DNA of 64,000 nt from Candidatus Omnitrophica bacterium UBA6215 (GTDB lineage Bacteria; Omnitrophota; Gorgyraeia; Pluralincolimonadales; Pluralincolimonadaceae), in NCBI GenBank assembly GCA_002421665.1, contig DISH01000007.1, positions 17,278-81,277 of the forward strand, written 5' to 3'. Positions 28,707-38,466 of this stretch are shown in pieces; position 1 is the stretch's first letter; each line of letters starts with the position of its first letter. The notes under the pieces are model-generated. The model was not told where the DNA came from, did no database searches, and worked only from the letters and a program-made list of their open reading frames with translations. Made by a program: the position numbers and the translations under genes.

Positions 28707-31700
28707 ATGGAAAGCGGGAAACGCGAGCTTTCCAGGATCTCCAAAAGACTTACGGACTTCCTCCAGGAACTCCCCCGCCCCGGTTATCTTTGGCCGTATT
28801 CCGTAACTTATCTTCTTGATAAATTCGGCAAAATAAAAAGAGGTAAGTTCAGATATGCCACGCCGGGACAGCACAATTTCGTGATGTCCGAAATAATCGT
28901 CAGAAAAGCCCTCGCCAAGATCATCTACCGGAATACCGCATGGCTCGAGAGAAGCTACAGGAGGGAAAAGAGGTCTATAAACAAGAGGCTCTGCACCCTT
29001 TACGGGACGGTCGAAGACTGTCAAGCCGACGATATCTCTGTAACACCTGGTGCCTTGCGCGAGATATTCCTGCTTGAAAAACGCAAAACCAGCCTGGACA
29101 AGATGCTTGCCGACAAACGGCTTGAAATACAAGGCAAGGTCCTGCATGATTTCATGTCCATATTCGAGGATGATATCAGGAAGGCCAGCAGCATAGAGGA
29201 CTTCACGGACTTTTCGCAGATATTTGCGAACCTAAGGGACGGGGTAAGATCAAACGATAACTATAAAATAAATGAGGCCGTAAACGCGCTTTCGGAAAAG
29301 CTGGTAGTCCCTTCCGAACTTCTTTCCAGAAGGATAATAGGCCACCGCTTGGGCGACCATGAACTCAGCCTTCTGGGAAAGTTCACCAGGGAACTTGATA
29401 ATTACCCGGAATACAAGGATGCCGTCGCCAACCTGAGGGATTTCGGGAGGTATCGCAAGGCAGTCCTGTTAATAGACCAGCTCCGCAAAAGCAAGGATAT
29501 CCTTATCCCCCCTCCTTTCGTAAAAGGCACAAAAGCCCGGATATATGAGGGTCTGACCCGATCGATGCGCCTTTTCTTCGCGACGATGATAGCGATAATA
29601 CCTACCCTCACCGTGTACGGCATCGGGGGAATAAGCCATCTGCCGTTATGTACTTTCATGTGGATGGCAGCTTGTTTCGGGGTTACGTACTATATATCAT
29701 GGCAGCCCTCCCATAAAATGGCCCTGTTCCTGGTCAGCCTTATGGTAAACACACCCGGGCATAAAATGCTCCCGGAGCTCGGAAAATACATAGACTCCAA
29801 CTATACGGAAGACAAGCCGCTTAAAATATCCTATGTAACGGCTAAAAAAAGCGATACGGAATCGGATGCCGAGATAGCCATATTTTATTTCAGGAAAACC
29901 ATCGAAGCCCTGAGGCCGACCCTCGAGACTTTCGGGAAAAAGATATTGCTCGTCATCACTTTCTGGTCGGATACGAAAAATGACAGCATCATAGAATATG
30001 AGGTAAAAAGGCTCGAAGAATTTTCCAGGGAACATCCCTATGATAACCTTGAATTCCTTTACCTGAACAGGTCTAAAAGCGAATGGTTCGACAACACAAA
30101 GCTCGGCATGATAAGAATAGGCGGTTTTGCCGGTAAGGTTGGCGGTATAGGCAACCTGATGCACCTGATGAACACCGGCCAGACCAAACCTTATCTCTTT
30201 ACCGACGAAGGCTTCGAATTCACCCAGAACAGGAATAAACCCCTTATTTGCAGGGTGTGGTCGACGAACCTCGTGAAGGCACTGGGCGTCGACACCGGTA
30301 AGGAGCAGATAACCTCCGAACGGGCCGCCGAACGTATCTTGCGCGGCGACGATATAGATATAGACCCGTCCAGGATATCCGAGTTCTGCGTTATCATGGA
30401 CGATAAGAACGAGCTGTATGCCGGCGAGCTTGAAAAAGCGCTTGCAATACTCCTGCACCCGGAAAACGAACACATAGTGATCGCCCAGCCCCATATAGCC
30501 ATCACCCCTCCTTACCTCAACGGCAAGGCCAAGGAAAGCATCTACTGGAAGATAATGAAGAATGAGCGCGATATAGAGAACGAGATAAACATGAAAGTCA
30601 TCTCCGGGATATACGGCAAGGAGCGCGCATTCTTCGGCAAAGGTTTCGCCAGGACAAAGATATATTACGACAGGGTATTTAAACCTGAGACCCTCTCTCC
30701 TGCCAAGGTTTTGTCCCATGACTGGCAGGAATCGATATTCAGCAGGAACTGCGAGGGCCTTTTGGGTGCCAAGAGGTTTATCGTGAAGAAGGTCTCGGAA
30801 AAACCAGGTTCCGCAGTCCTGAGGATAGACCTTGCCAATACCACAAGGTTCGTACGCCTTGAGAGGGACGCGCAAAAAGACGTACTCGTCTATCATCTCG
30901 ATATCGCTTCCGGGGAATACCGGTTCGTCAGGAAATTCCGCCGCCTGGAAAACCTGGATATGGACGAGGTGGTCAAATACACGGCGAATTTCTACAATAA
31001 TGCGGTCATTGTAGGCGAACGCGACCAGCTGCATTTCGTCACTTACATTATCCGCGACGTCAGGTGGCTTATCGGCGATTTCCAGGCCATAAGGACCCTT
31101 ATATCCTACCGCAGGATACTCACATATTACCACCAGTGGCACCTTAGCTGGGCCATCGGAAGGCTCCTCTCCGATCCCATGCTTTTCTGTTTCATAATAT
31201 TAATGTGCCTCCTTTGGATATTCCCGTTCATCCTTGTAGTGCCGACTAACTCAAATGCGTATTGGATAACTCTTGTCCTATCCTTCTTCGGGATCATATT
31301 TGTCCACAGGTTCATCGACCCCGTAAGGTATATCTTCCGCAGGGCGCGCGCCGAAGGCAGACCTATACGCCCCCTCTCCTTCTCTCTTGAGCTCGTAGAC
31401 CAGTTCTTCGACAGCATCCTCCAGGCGATGGAAACTACCGTGTCTTCTCTGCAGTTAACGGTCATAAAACCGCTGCTTTCATATTCGATATACAAATCAG
31501 AAAAAATCAATAAGGTCCCGGAATGGAAAACTTCCAGTACCCTTTCACTTATGGAGCTCGAGGGCAGGATAACCAGGAACGAGTTCAAGGACATCAGGAT
31601 AGAAGAAGCCCAGAAGATGGGCCTTATAATATCCGCCATAGCGGCAATATACATAATCACGGGCATAGCGCCGATAACGGTTTTCGGCATATTCGGTATA

Positions 31701-34700
31701 CTGCCTTGGGCAGGTTCGCTTATCTTCGGCCGTTACGCTATCTCCGCTATAGGTAAAGTGCGCGACCTTAATACCCGCAAGGCCACTATACAGGAAAGGA
31801 CAAAAAGGCTGTATGTCATAATATCCGCTATCCTTCTCCTGCTGGTAACATTGTCCGCGCTCAGGGACATCCCTAGCTACAATAAACACGACCTTATTAA
31901 ATTCGTCCTCCCGGAATCAAGGGAAAGGTTCAGCTATTCCGCCGAAGAAGAGAGGCTCCTTGGAAAGATGCGCAAGGACCTCGAAAAGATCGAGTTCTAT
32001 ATACCCGACAGGATAGTCGACAGCAAGCTCTCTCCCGTGCTTAAATCCCGCGAGGGAAAGACAAAGCTGATGGCCGAGGTCCTTCCCGTAGAGGATAAAC
32101 TCTCCAGAGCAATACCTCTCTTAAGGCCCGTCACGCGGGATGCTGTAGCTCCCATAATAACCGAGGCGGTCTCCCCCCTCGAAGAACCGGAGCTCTCCGA
32201 CCTGACGGCTTTCAGGGATTTTTTCTCCGCTTCCCACAAGATGGGAAAAAGAAGGCTGTTCACTTCTACTGCCCTCGCCGGGACAAAAATAGCGCTCTCC
32301 ATGCAGTTCTCCGCCGCGGCTATAGCGATAACTGCCGTAGACAGGGTCGAGGGATTGGGCATGATAGCGCGTTACGGCAAGGAATACCCGTGGTTCAATG
32401 TACTCGACCCCCTTACGGGACAGTTCTGGTTCGAGACAAGCAGGGAAACCGGGCTTTCAATGAAAGATATAGCGGAGGTATTCAGGTGGGAGGACACAAA
32501 GAAATACTGGAATGCCGATTTTGCCAAGAAGAAGGGCATCTGGAAACGCTATGAATACCTCCAGAGAGGAATATTATCCCTGTACTATTCCGGATTAGAG
32601 GTCAACGAGCAGAACCTTAGGAAATTCTTTGCTGAATACGACAAGATGCCGCAATTCAGGAAAAAATACCCGGCAGTCCCTCTCAAACCTTTCCGGCTTG
32701 TACCTGAACCGGCAAAGACCCTTCTGCAGCTCATTGGAACGGTAACTTTCTATGTCCCTGTAATCGAGATCATCCCCGCAACCGAGATACCTTTCGGGAC
32801 TATATTAGGCATAGTGGAAACGGTGGTAGCCGGTAAACAAGGTAAGCTGGAATACCTTATAGTAACAGGCATGAAGAACGGCTTGTCCACCGAGGAAGTA
32901 ATGGAACACCTCGGCTTCGACTATGTAAACTATGCATGGCGCAAGACGCGTATCCCGTCAGAAATATATGATGTCAACCGGCAAAGGTTCCTCGCCGATT
33001 ATAAGAAAAAGGGCGTCGATAAGGTTGACTACGAAAGAAGCGACATAAAACTTATATGCATACTCTCCGATTACAGGATGGCCCTCGATACCCGGGAAAC
33101 CCTGGGGTATGAAGAGAAGCCGTCGAATCCCCAGATCAAGGAGACGGCGGACGCGCTGCGCGGATATCTTGTAGACATATGGAACGACGTACAAAAACGT
33201 TATCCGGAGCTCGAAGACGGCATAAAGGCAAAAGGTATAGGCGAATACCTTGCTATTTCATATTACGTGATGTCACGCAGGTATGGATGGGGTCTCGAAC
33301 AATACCTTGATTTCCTTGGCCCGCAGCTAAAGAAGGCCGTAGAGTTAAAGGATAAAGGCATCACTCTCGATGATAGAACGATATATGAGATCATGTTCAA
33401 TAACGAGATACTCCAGAAGGGCCTCTATGACGATCCCAGACTCCAACCGGAAAAGAACGCTGTCTTGATATCCCGCCTGGACAGGCAGATCGAAAAACAA
33501 TCGGATGCCGGCAAGCAGATGACAGGATATATCTGGCTGTCTTCCCTTATGCTGGATGCCGAAAAGAACGGCATAAAAGTTGATCCCGGCGAATTCGCCT
33601 TGAAGTTCATGGAGATATACGAGACGGGGCTGTCGCTGGGCTATACAGAAATACCATGGTGGGAAAAATGCGGATACCTTACCCTGATATACTACAAGGC
33701 CGGGTTCGGGACCACTATGGAACTTTTCGACTACTTCAAGAACGAATTCAGCATGTCCAACACGTGGCTCAAGGATAAACTTCCTCTCCCGGAAGGGTTC
33801 GTACACGGTGTAATGGAAACTACTTATAGGGACATGGGGTACGGCAGTGACCAGGCTGCAATATTGGAAACGCAGACTCCTGAGAAACTTAAGTTTGACA
33901 TGGCATATGAGTTCCTGGCAGCGCTCGTGATAGAGACAGAAACTAACAAACTCAAAATTTCACCCGAAGACCTGGCCTCGGAGTTCATGGCCTTTTACAG
34001 GACCGGATCCGCTTCGGGGTACAACAGGATACCATGGTGGAACATAAGCGGTTACCTGATGCTTGAATACGAAAAGAACAGGGCATTTCACGGATGGGAG
34101 AACATAGACGATTATTTTGCGTACTACACTCCGTTGTTCGCATCCATAAACAAGTGGTTTACGCAGGACCTAAGCCTTCCCGAAGGATTTGAATATGAGA
34201 ACGCTTTCCGCCTCGAGATATTGAAACGTAAGCTGGATCATGATCCCAGGCATGCAAAGGATGGCAGCCGGTCATTACAGGTCATTAAAGACACGGCGGA
34301 GAACCAGACCCCCGTCATCAAACGGTTCAACGCCTATATGACACTAGCCAGGCTTAAAGAGGACTATGCCCTGGATTTCGGGCGGCAACTGGACGATACG
34401 GAAGTCCTGCATTTGGCGGGAATACTCACGACCTTCTGGACCGAACTGCCGGTCAAATATCCGAACCTCCCCCTCTTCGTTCCCGGTATCATTGAAAAGA
34501 TAGCCATTAATTCTCTCGCATTCAATGACTACCGCGATGTTGAAAAAGCTGCTTTCCTCCAGCAGATAAACAGTCTCTGGGATTTAAAAGTGCCCGGGCC
34601 GATAGAATCGGGGATAAGAAAAGAGGTTGAAGAGAAGACAGGCATAGACCTGGATGATGAACGGATCCTTCATTACACCACCTTACAAACGGCCATCGGC

Positions 34701-36233
34701 ATACTCGACAGCCTGGGCGCAGCGGTCATCGAACCGGACATAGTAAGGACCTTACAGCTACGCCAGGCGATCAGGTCCGTTTCTAAACAATATCCCGACC
34801 TGGAGCTGCTCAAACAAGGCAATGCCGAATGGATGGCCGTGTACGCCCTGAAAAAGAAACTGACATTTTATGAGCTCCAGGAGAAATATCTTAAGCCGAT
34901 ACAGCAGATATATAAAGACGCGGCAAACGCCTACTTCCCGAGAGAGATAGATATCATGACCGGGAAACTTAAGGATATAAACGAAAGGGACATCGGGGTA
35001 ATAACTGATATATACGGGCTGAAGGACAAGGGTTTCGCGGCGCAGCCTAAGATAAGCGCGAACGACGTTATCGTAAATGTCATATGGTATCACCTGCAGA
35101 GGGCTTACGATATAGGCATACCCGAGAAAGACATCCCGGTATTCTTCAGGGTATTAAGAGCGGTAAAAGAGAATGACCTCGCGCACTTGGTCTCGATAGA
35201 GTCGGCGGATGAGCTTTCCAAATGGCAGGAAAAGATGGATTCCGCTTCATTTCGCCTCATGACTCTTTATAATGACCCGCGGTCAAGGAAAAAATTCAAG
35301 TCCCCGCCGGACTTCCTTTACAAGTTCCTGTCGAACAGCACCGCGGTCAGGGAGAACCCGGCTATCAGCTCCAAGTTAAGTTCGATCAGGTCCGCGGACG
35401 AAAAGGTCGCCGACTCGCTTGAATTCCTCTGGCCGCTTCTTATGACACTGGAAAATATCTCCCCTTCGGTCATGGAGAATATAGTATCCAATATGAGCTA
35501 TGTGACATCCTCATACAAGGAGCTACTGGGCATGCAGCCTGAAAAGGACTCTGCCGTTGAGTTCAATGAGGCGGTCAATGTCTACCTGACCGGGGAATAC
35601 GGAAAGTTCCTCATAAGGCAAAAAACGAACTACCAAAGGGCGCAGTCTTCGTGGTGGACAAACTACATAGTAAAACTCAGTTACAGGAGGCTGTTTAACG
35701 AGAACCTTGATGAGGCGGAAAGGACAAACCGCAAAATATTGAAGAACATGCAGGTATGGTTCGACAGGGAAAAACTTAAGAACCCGCATAGCTATGTCCT
35801 CAAAAAGATAGTGGAAAACCTTATCGAACACGGTTCGATAAAAAGGATCGGGCTCATGAGGCCTGTCTATAGCGGCAAGAACGAATACAAAAACCGTATA
35901 CTCAGGCTCAACAGATATATTAACCGGCTCGATTCGGAGATAGCCCTGTTAAAATCCGAAAACCGCTATTCTGCCGACCTTGAAAAAATATCGGCCAAAG
36001 CAAAAGAAGATCTCGCGGAAATCGAAAAATCTCCTTCTGAACTCACAAAAAAAGCCATAGAAGCCGAGAGACTCCTGCTTTTCTACAGACAGGTACATAA
36101 CAGGGATTCTTTGTTCCTTACGGCTATGATAGCTGCCGGAATGATAGGTACTATACTGCTATCCCGCCTTATTCTTTTAGTCAAAATAATGTTATCCGGC
36201 ATTGTGCGCCGCCTGCACCCGCTAGAATCCTAG
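28707..36233 (+). CDS. Giant (2508 aa) polytopic membrane protein. Core is OpgH/MdoH- or cyclic-glucan-synthase-like processive GT2 glycosyltransferase flanked by TM bundles. Followed by ~1450-aa alpha-helical extension with tandem ~125-aa repeats and a C-terminal TM anchor.
   Basis: Uninterrupted 7.5-kb ORF. TM clusters at aa ~295-345, ~785-850, ~930-1010 and at the C-terminus. Between the first two clusters: DxD (VIMDDKNE), LSHDWQES (compare OpgH LSHDFVEA / BcsA TED) and RDVRW (compare OpgH RDRRW / QxxRW). Repeats FMEIYETGLSLGYTEIPWW... / FMAFYRTGSASGYNRIPWW... at ~33606-34360. Confidence 0.5.
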   Translation: MESGKRELSRISKRLTDFLQELPRPGYLWPYSVTYLLDKFGKIKRGKFRYATPGQHNFVMSEIIVRKALAKIIYRNTAWLERSYRREKRSINKRLCTLYGTVEDCQADDISVTPGALREIFLLEKRKTSLDKMLADKRLEIQGKVLHDFMSIFEDDIRKASSIEDFTDFSQIFANLRDGVRSNDNYKINEAVNALSEKLVVPSELLSRRIIGHRLGDHELSLLGKFTRELDNYPEYKDAVANLRDFGRYRKAVLLIDQLRKSKDILIPPPFVKGTKARIYEGLTRSMRLFFATMIAIIPTLTVYGIGGISHLPLCTFMWMAACFGVTYYISWQPSHKMALFLVSLMVNTPGHKMLPELGKYIDSNYTEDKPLKISYVTAKKSDTESDAEIAIFYFRKTIEALRPTLETFGKKILLVITFWSDTKNDSIIEYEVKRLEEFSREHPYDNLEFLYLNRSKSEWFDNTKLGMIRIGGFAGKVGGIGNLMHLMNTGQTKPYLFTDEGFEFTQNRNKPLICRVWSTNLVKALGVDTGKEQITSERAAERILRGDDIDIDPSRISEFCVIMDDKNELYAGELEKALAILLHPENEHIVIAQPHIAITPPYLNGKAKESIYWKIMKNERDIENEINMKVISGIYGKERAFFGKGFARTKIYYDRVFKPETLSPAKVLSHDWQESIFSRNCEGLLGAKRFIVKKVSEKPGSAVLRIDLANTTRFVRLERDAQKDVLVYHLDIASGEYRFVRKFRRLENLDMDEVVKYTANFYNNAVIVGERDQLHFVTYIIRDVRWLIGDFQAIRTLISYRRILTYYHQWHLSWAIGRLLSDPMLFCFIILMCLLWIFPFILVVPTNSNAYWITLVLSFFGIIFVHRFIDPVRYIFRRARAEGRPIRPLSFSLELVDQFFDSILQAMETTVSSLQLTVIKPLLSYSIYKSEKINKVPEWKTSSTLSLMELEGRITRNEFKDIRIEEAQKMGLIISAIAAIYIITGIAPITVFGIFGILPWAGSLIFGRYAISAIGKVRDLNTRKATIQERTKRLYVIISAILLLLVTLSALRDIPSYNKHDLIKFVLPESRERFSYSAEEERLLGKMRKDLEKIEFYIPDRIVDSKLSPVLKSREGKTKLMAEVLPVEDKLSRAIPLLRPVTRDAVAPIITEAVSPLEEPELSDLTAFRDFFSASHKMGKRRLFTSTALAGTKIALSMQFSAAAIAITAVDRVEGLGMIARYGKEYPWFNVLDPLTGQFWFETSRETGLSMKDIAEVFRWEDTKKYWNADFAKKKGIWKRYEYLQRGILSLYYSGLEVNEQNLRKFFAEYDKMPQFRKKYPAVPLKPFRLVPEPAKTLLQLIGTVTFYVPVIEIIPATEIPFGTILGIVETVVAGKQGKLEYLIVTGMKNGLSTEEVMEHLGFDYVNYAWRKTRIPSEIYDVNRQRFLADYKKKGVDKVDYERSDIKLICILSDYRMALDTRETLGYEEKPSNPQIKETADALRGYLVDIWNDVQKRYPELEDGIKAKGIGEYLAISYYVMSRRYGWGLEQYLDFLGPQLKKAVELKDKGITLDDRTIYEIMFNNEILQKGLYDDPRLQPEKNAVLISRLDRQIEKQSDAGKQMTGYIWLSSLMLDAEKNGIKVDPGEFALKFMEIYETGLSLGYTEIPWWEKCGYLTLIYYKAGFGTTMELFDYFKNEFSMSNTWLKDKLPLPEGFVHGVMETTYRDMGYGSDQAAILETQTPEKLKFDMAYEFLAALVIETETNKLKISPEDLASEFMAFYRTGSASGYNRIPWWNISGYLMLEYEKNRAFHGWENIDDYFAYYTPLFASINKWFTQDLSLPEGFEYENAFRLEILKRKLDHDPRHAKDGSRSLQVIKDTAENQTPVIKRFNAYMTLARLKEDYALDFGRQLDDTEVLHLAGILTTFWTELPVKYPNLPLFVPGIIEKIAINSLAFNDYRDVEKAAFLQQINSLWDLKVPGPIESGIRKEVEEKTGIDLDDERILHYTTLQTAIGILDSLGAAVIEPDIVRTLQLRQAIRSVSKQYPDLELLKQGNAEWMAVYALKKKLTFYELQEKYLKPIQQIYKDAANAYFPREIDIMTGKLKDINERDIGVITDIYGLKDKGFAAQPKISANDVIVNVIWYHLQRAYDIGIPEKDIPVFFRVLRAVKENDLAHLVSIESADELSKWQEKMDSASFRLMTLYNDPRSRKKFKSPPDFLYKFLSNSTAVRENPAISSKLSSIRSADEKVADSLEFLWPLLMTLENISPSVMENIVSNMSYVTSSYKELLGMQPEKDSAVEFNEAVNVYLTGEYGKFLIRQKTNYQRAQSSWWTNYIVKLSYRRLFNENLDEAERTNRKILKNMQVWFDREKLKNPHSYVLKKIVENLIEHGSIKRIGLMRPVYSGKNEYKNRILRLNRYINRLDSEIALLKSENRYSADLEKISAKAKEDLAEIEKSPSELTKKAIEAERLLLFYRQVHNRDSLFLTAMIAAGMIGTILLSRLILLVKIMLSGIVRRLHPLES
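33606..34360 (+). repeat. Two diverged tandem protein-level repeats (~125 aa each) inside the giant ORF (IPWW..GYL..LPEGF module)
   Basis: Aligned by eye: FMEIYETGLSLGYTEIPWWEKCGYLTLIYYKAG...LPLPEGF versus FMAFYRTGSASGYNRIPWWNISGYLMLEYEKNR...LSLPEGF. Preceded by a weaker third copy. Confidence 0.6.
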
Positions 36234-37763
36234 GTCCCTGTCAAGACTCCTGTAATTGACCGCTTCGGAAATATGCTCCGCGCTTATTACCTCTTTGCCT
36301 GAAAGGTCTGCTATGGTCCTGGCTATCTTGAGGACTTTATCGTATCCGCGGGCGCTTAGGCCCAGTTCCAGTATAGCCAACTTTAACAACTCGGACGCTT
36401 CTCTATCGGTAACGCAATATTTTTCTGTATCTTTCGACCCTAAACGGGCATTACAGGATATAGAAATTCCTTCGTACCTGCATTTTTGGATAGCCCTGGC
36501 ATTCTCAACCCTTTGCCTTATAGTCTCGGATGACTCTCCGCGGCTTTTACCCGACATCTCTTTGTATTTAAGCGAGGGGACTTCCAGATGTATGTCTATC
36601 CTGTCAAGCAGCGGGCCCGATACCTTTGAAAGATAGCGCTGGATCATAGGCGGCGTACAGTGACATTCCCTCTTAGGGTCCGTAAAATAGCCGCACGGGC
36701 ACGGATTCATTGCCGCTACAAGCATAAATTTAGCCGGGTACCTTAAGCTGGTAGAAGCCCTGGATATCACCACCTCCCCTCCTTCCATCGGTTGGCGAAG
36801 CGCCTCAAGGGCATCCCTCCTGAACTCAGGCAATTCGTCAAGAAACAGGACCCCGTTATGCGCGAGACTGATCTCGCCCGGCCTGAGCCTGGTCCCTCCT
36901 CCTACGAGTCCCGCATATGAAATCGTGTGGTGCGGCATCCTGAACGGCCTTCGGGATATGAGATGATTACCAGAATTTAGGAGCCCGGAGACACTATGCA
37001 CCTTGGTCGTTTCAAGCATTTCCTCGAACCTCAGATCGGGCAATATAGTTATGAGCCGCTGCGCAAGCATCGTCTTGCCCGAACCGGGAGGGCCTATCAT
37101 TATCACGTTATGCCCGCCTGCCGCAGCCACTTCAAGGCCGCGTTTGACATGCCATTGACCCTTAACATCGCTGAAATCCATCTCCTGGCCGGCGCCTGCT
37201 GCGTAACAATCTTCCGTCCCTGCGGTAGTATCCGAGGGCGCTATGCCCGAAACCCCCTTTAGGAAATCGACCACATCCCCTAACCTTCGGGCCGGGTATG
37301 TCTTTATCCCGCGCACCACTCCCGCCTCTTTTGAGTTCCCTTGCGGTATGATTATAACGGTATCTTTTCCGCTTATACCGGGTGCTGAGATCATAGGCAA
37401 CATCCCGTTTATGGGCCTCAAACTTCCATCCAGTGAAAGCTCTCCGCAAAAGACCTTGTCTCCCACAAGACACTGATCCAACTCCCCGGTTGCCGCCAAT
37501 ATCCCTACAGCTATCGCCAGGTCATACCCCGCACCTTCCTTGCGCAAATCGGCGGGGGCGAGGTTGATAGTTATCCTCTTCGGAGGGAACTTAAACCCTG
37601 AATTTTTTATCGCGGATATTACCCTGTCTTTGCTCTCTTTTACCGCCGTATCGGCGAGGCCCACGATATTAAAACACGGGAGTCCGCCCGTTATATCCAC
37701 TTCAACCTCAACTTTCCTGGCTTCGATCCCCCATAGACTCCTGCTCTCAACTTTAGCAAGCAT
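36222..37763 (-). CDS. comM: Mg-chelatase-like AAA+ ATPase YifB/ComM family
   Basis: Start at internal Met (MLAKVES...). Lon-like N-domain, Walker A GPPGSGKT, ChlI-type C-terminus. Confidence 0.85.
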   Translation of the reverse strand: MLAKVESRSLWGIEARKVEVEVDITGGLPCFNIVGLADTAVKESKDRVISAIKNSGFKFPPKRITINLAPADLRKEGAGYDLAIAVGILAATGELDQCLVGDKVFCGELSLDGSLRPINGMLPMISAPGISGKDTVIIIPQGNSKEAGVVRGIKTYPARRLGDVVDFLKGVSGIAPSDTTAGTEDCYAAGAGQEMDFSDVKGQWHVKRGLEVAAAGGHNVIMIGPPGSGKTMLAQRLITILPDLRFEEMLETTKVHSVSGLLNSGNHLISRRPFRMPHHTISYAGLVGGGTRLRPGEISLAHNGVLFLDELPEFRRDALEALRQPMEGGEVVISRASTSLRYPAKFMLVAAMNPCPCGYFTDPKRECHCTPPMIQRYLSKVSGPLLDRIDIHLEVPSLKYKEMSGKSRGESSETIRQRVENARAIQKCRYEGISISCNARLGSKDTEKYCVTDREASELLKLAILELGLSARGYDKVLKIARTIADLSGKEVISAEHISEAVNYRSLDRDLGF

Positions 37764-37765
37764 TG

Positions 37766-38143
37766 TCAGCTCCAGAATGCATCCGTTATAATCTCTATGT
37801 TCTTTATATTGTCTTTGCCGTCGAACAGGACCGATATGCAATCAAACCTAGAATCCCGCTCAAGCATATTGTTCTTCAACTGGAAGAACAATGCGGACCT
37901 GCGTATATGGAATTTCTTCGCCTCGTTTATCGTTTCATAAGGTAACCCATGTTCGTCATCGTTGCGGGAACGGACCTCGACAAAGACCAATACGTCGCCA
38001 TCTTCGGCTATTATGTCTATCTCCCCGGATTTACACCTGAACTTTCGCGCGATTATACGGTATCCGCGGGCCGCGAGCAAATCTGCAGCGCGGTCTTCGG
38101 CGAGGTCCCCTAACTGCCTATTCCCCATCCCCAAACGCTTCAA
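37766..38143 (-). CDS. yraN: YraN family (UPF0102) endonuclease
   Basis: 125 aa, ...[21 protein letters not shown]... PD-(D/E)xK motif. Classic neighbour of comM/yifB. Confidence 0.75.
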   Translation of the reverse strand: MKRLGMGNRQLGDLAEDRAADLLAARGYRIIARKFRCKSGEIDIIAEDGDVLVFVEVRSRNDDEHGLPYETINEAKKFHIRRSALFFQLKNNMLERDSRFDCISVLFDGKDNIKNIEIITDAFWS

Positions 38144-38375
38144 GAACGGCCTTCTCGAGTTCCTTCTTTACTTCATCATTCAATGGATAAGCCGTCGGAT
38201 ACCATTTCCCGTCATTGCCCGACTGCTGCGGGCCCGAGACAAATACCCCTTTCTTGCCTTCCACTACCCTGAATCCCTTCACGAGGAATTCCTCGCCTAT
38301 CGAAACGTCCGCTATGGCTTTCAACGGACCTTCCCCGTCGAACCTGTACAACCGTTTTACACTGAAACTGAGCAT
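38118..38375 (-). CDS. spoVG: SpoVG family protein
   Basis: 85 aa, ...[43 protein letters not shown]... resembles SpoVG (...[34 protein letters not shown]...). Confidence 0.7.
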   Translation of the reverse strand: MLSFSVKRLYRFDGEGPLKAIADVSIGEEFLVKGFRVVEGKKGVFVSGPQQSGNDGKWYPTAYPLNDEVKKELEKAVLEAFGDGE

Positions 38376-38466
38376 ATAAACGCCCTCCTTTCTTTAGCCG
38401 CTTCATGCGGTCAAAGAAATAGACGTAAAAAGCCTCAGATTTCTTTCAAATTATTTGGGAATATTT

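Noticed and set aside
29697-31142. 481-aa ORF on the minus strand inside the giant gene (and 28371..29147, 258 aa)
   Set aside because: Antisense to a long, well-supported coding frame. Translation is low-complexity (Gly/Arg/Pro-rich, typical of antisense frames in GC-rich DNA) with no domain signatures.
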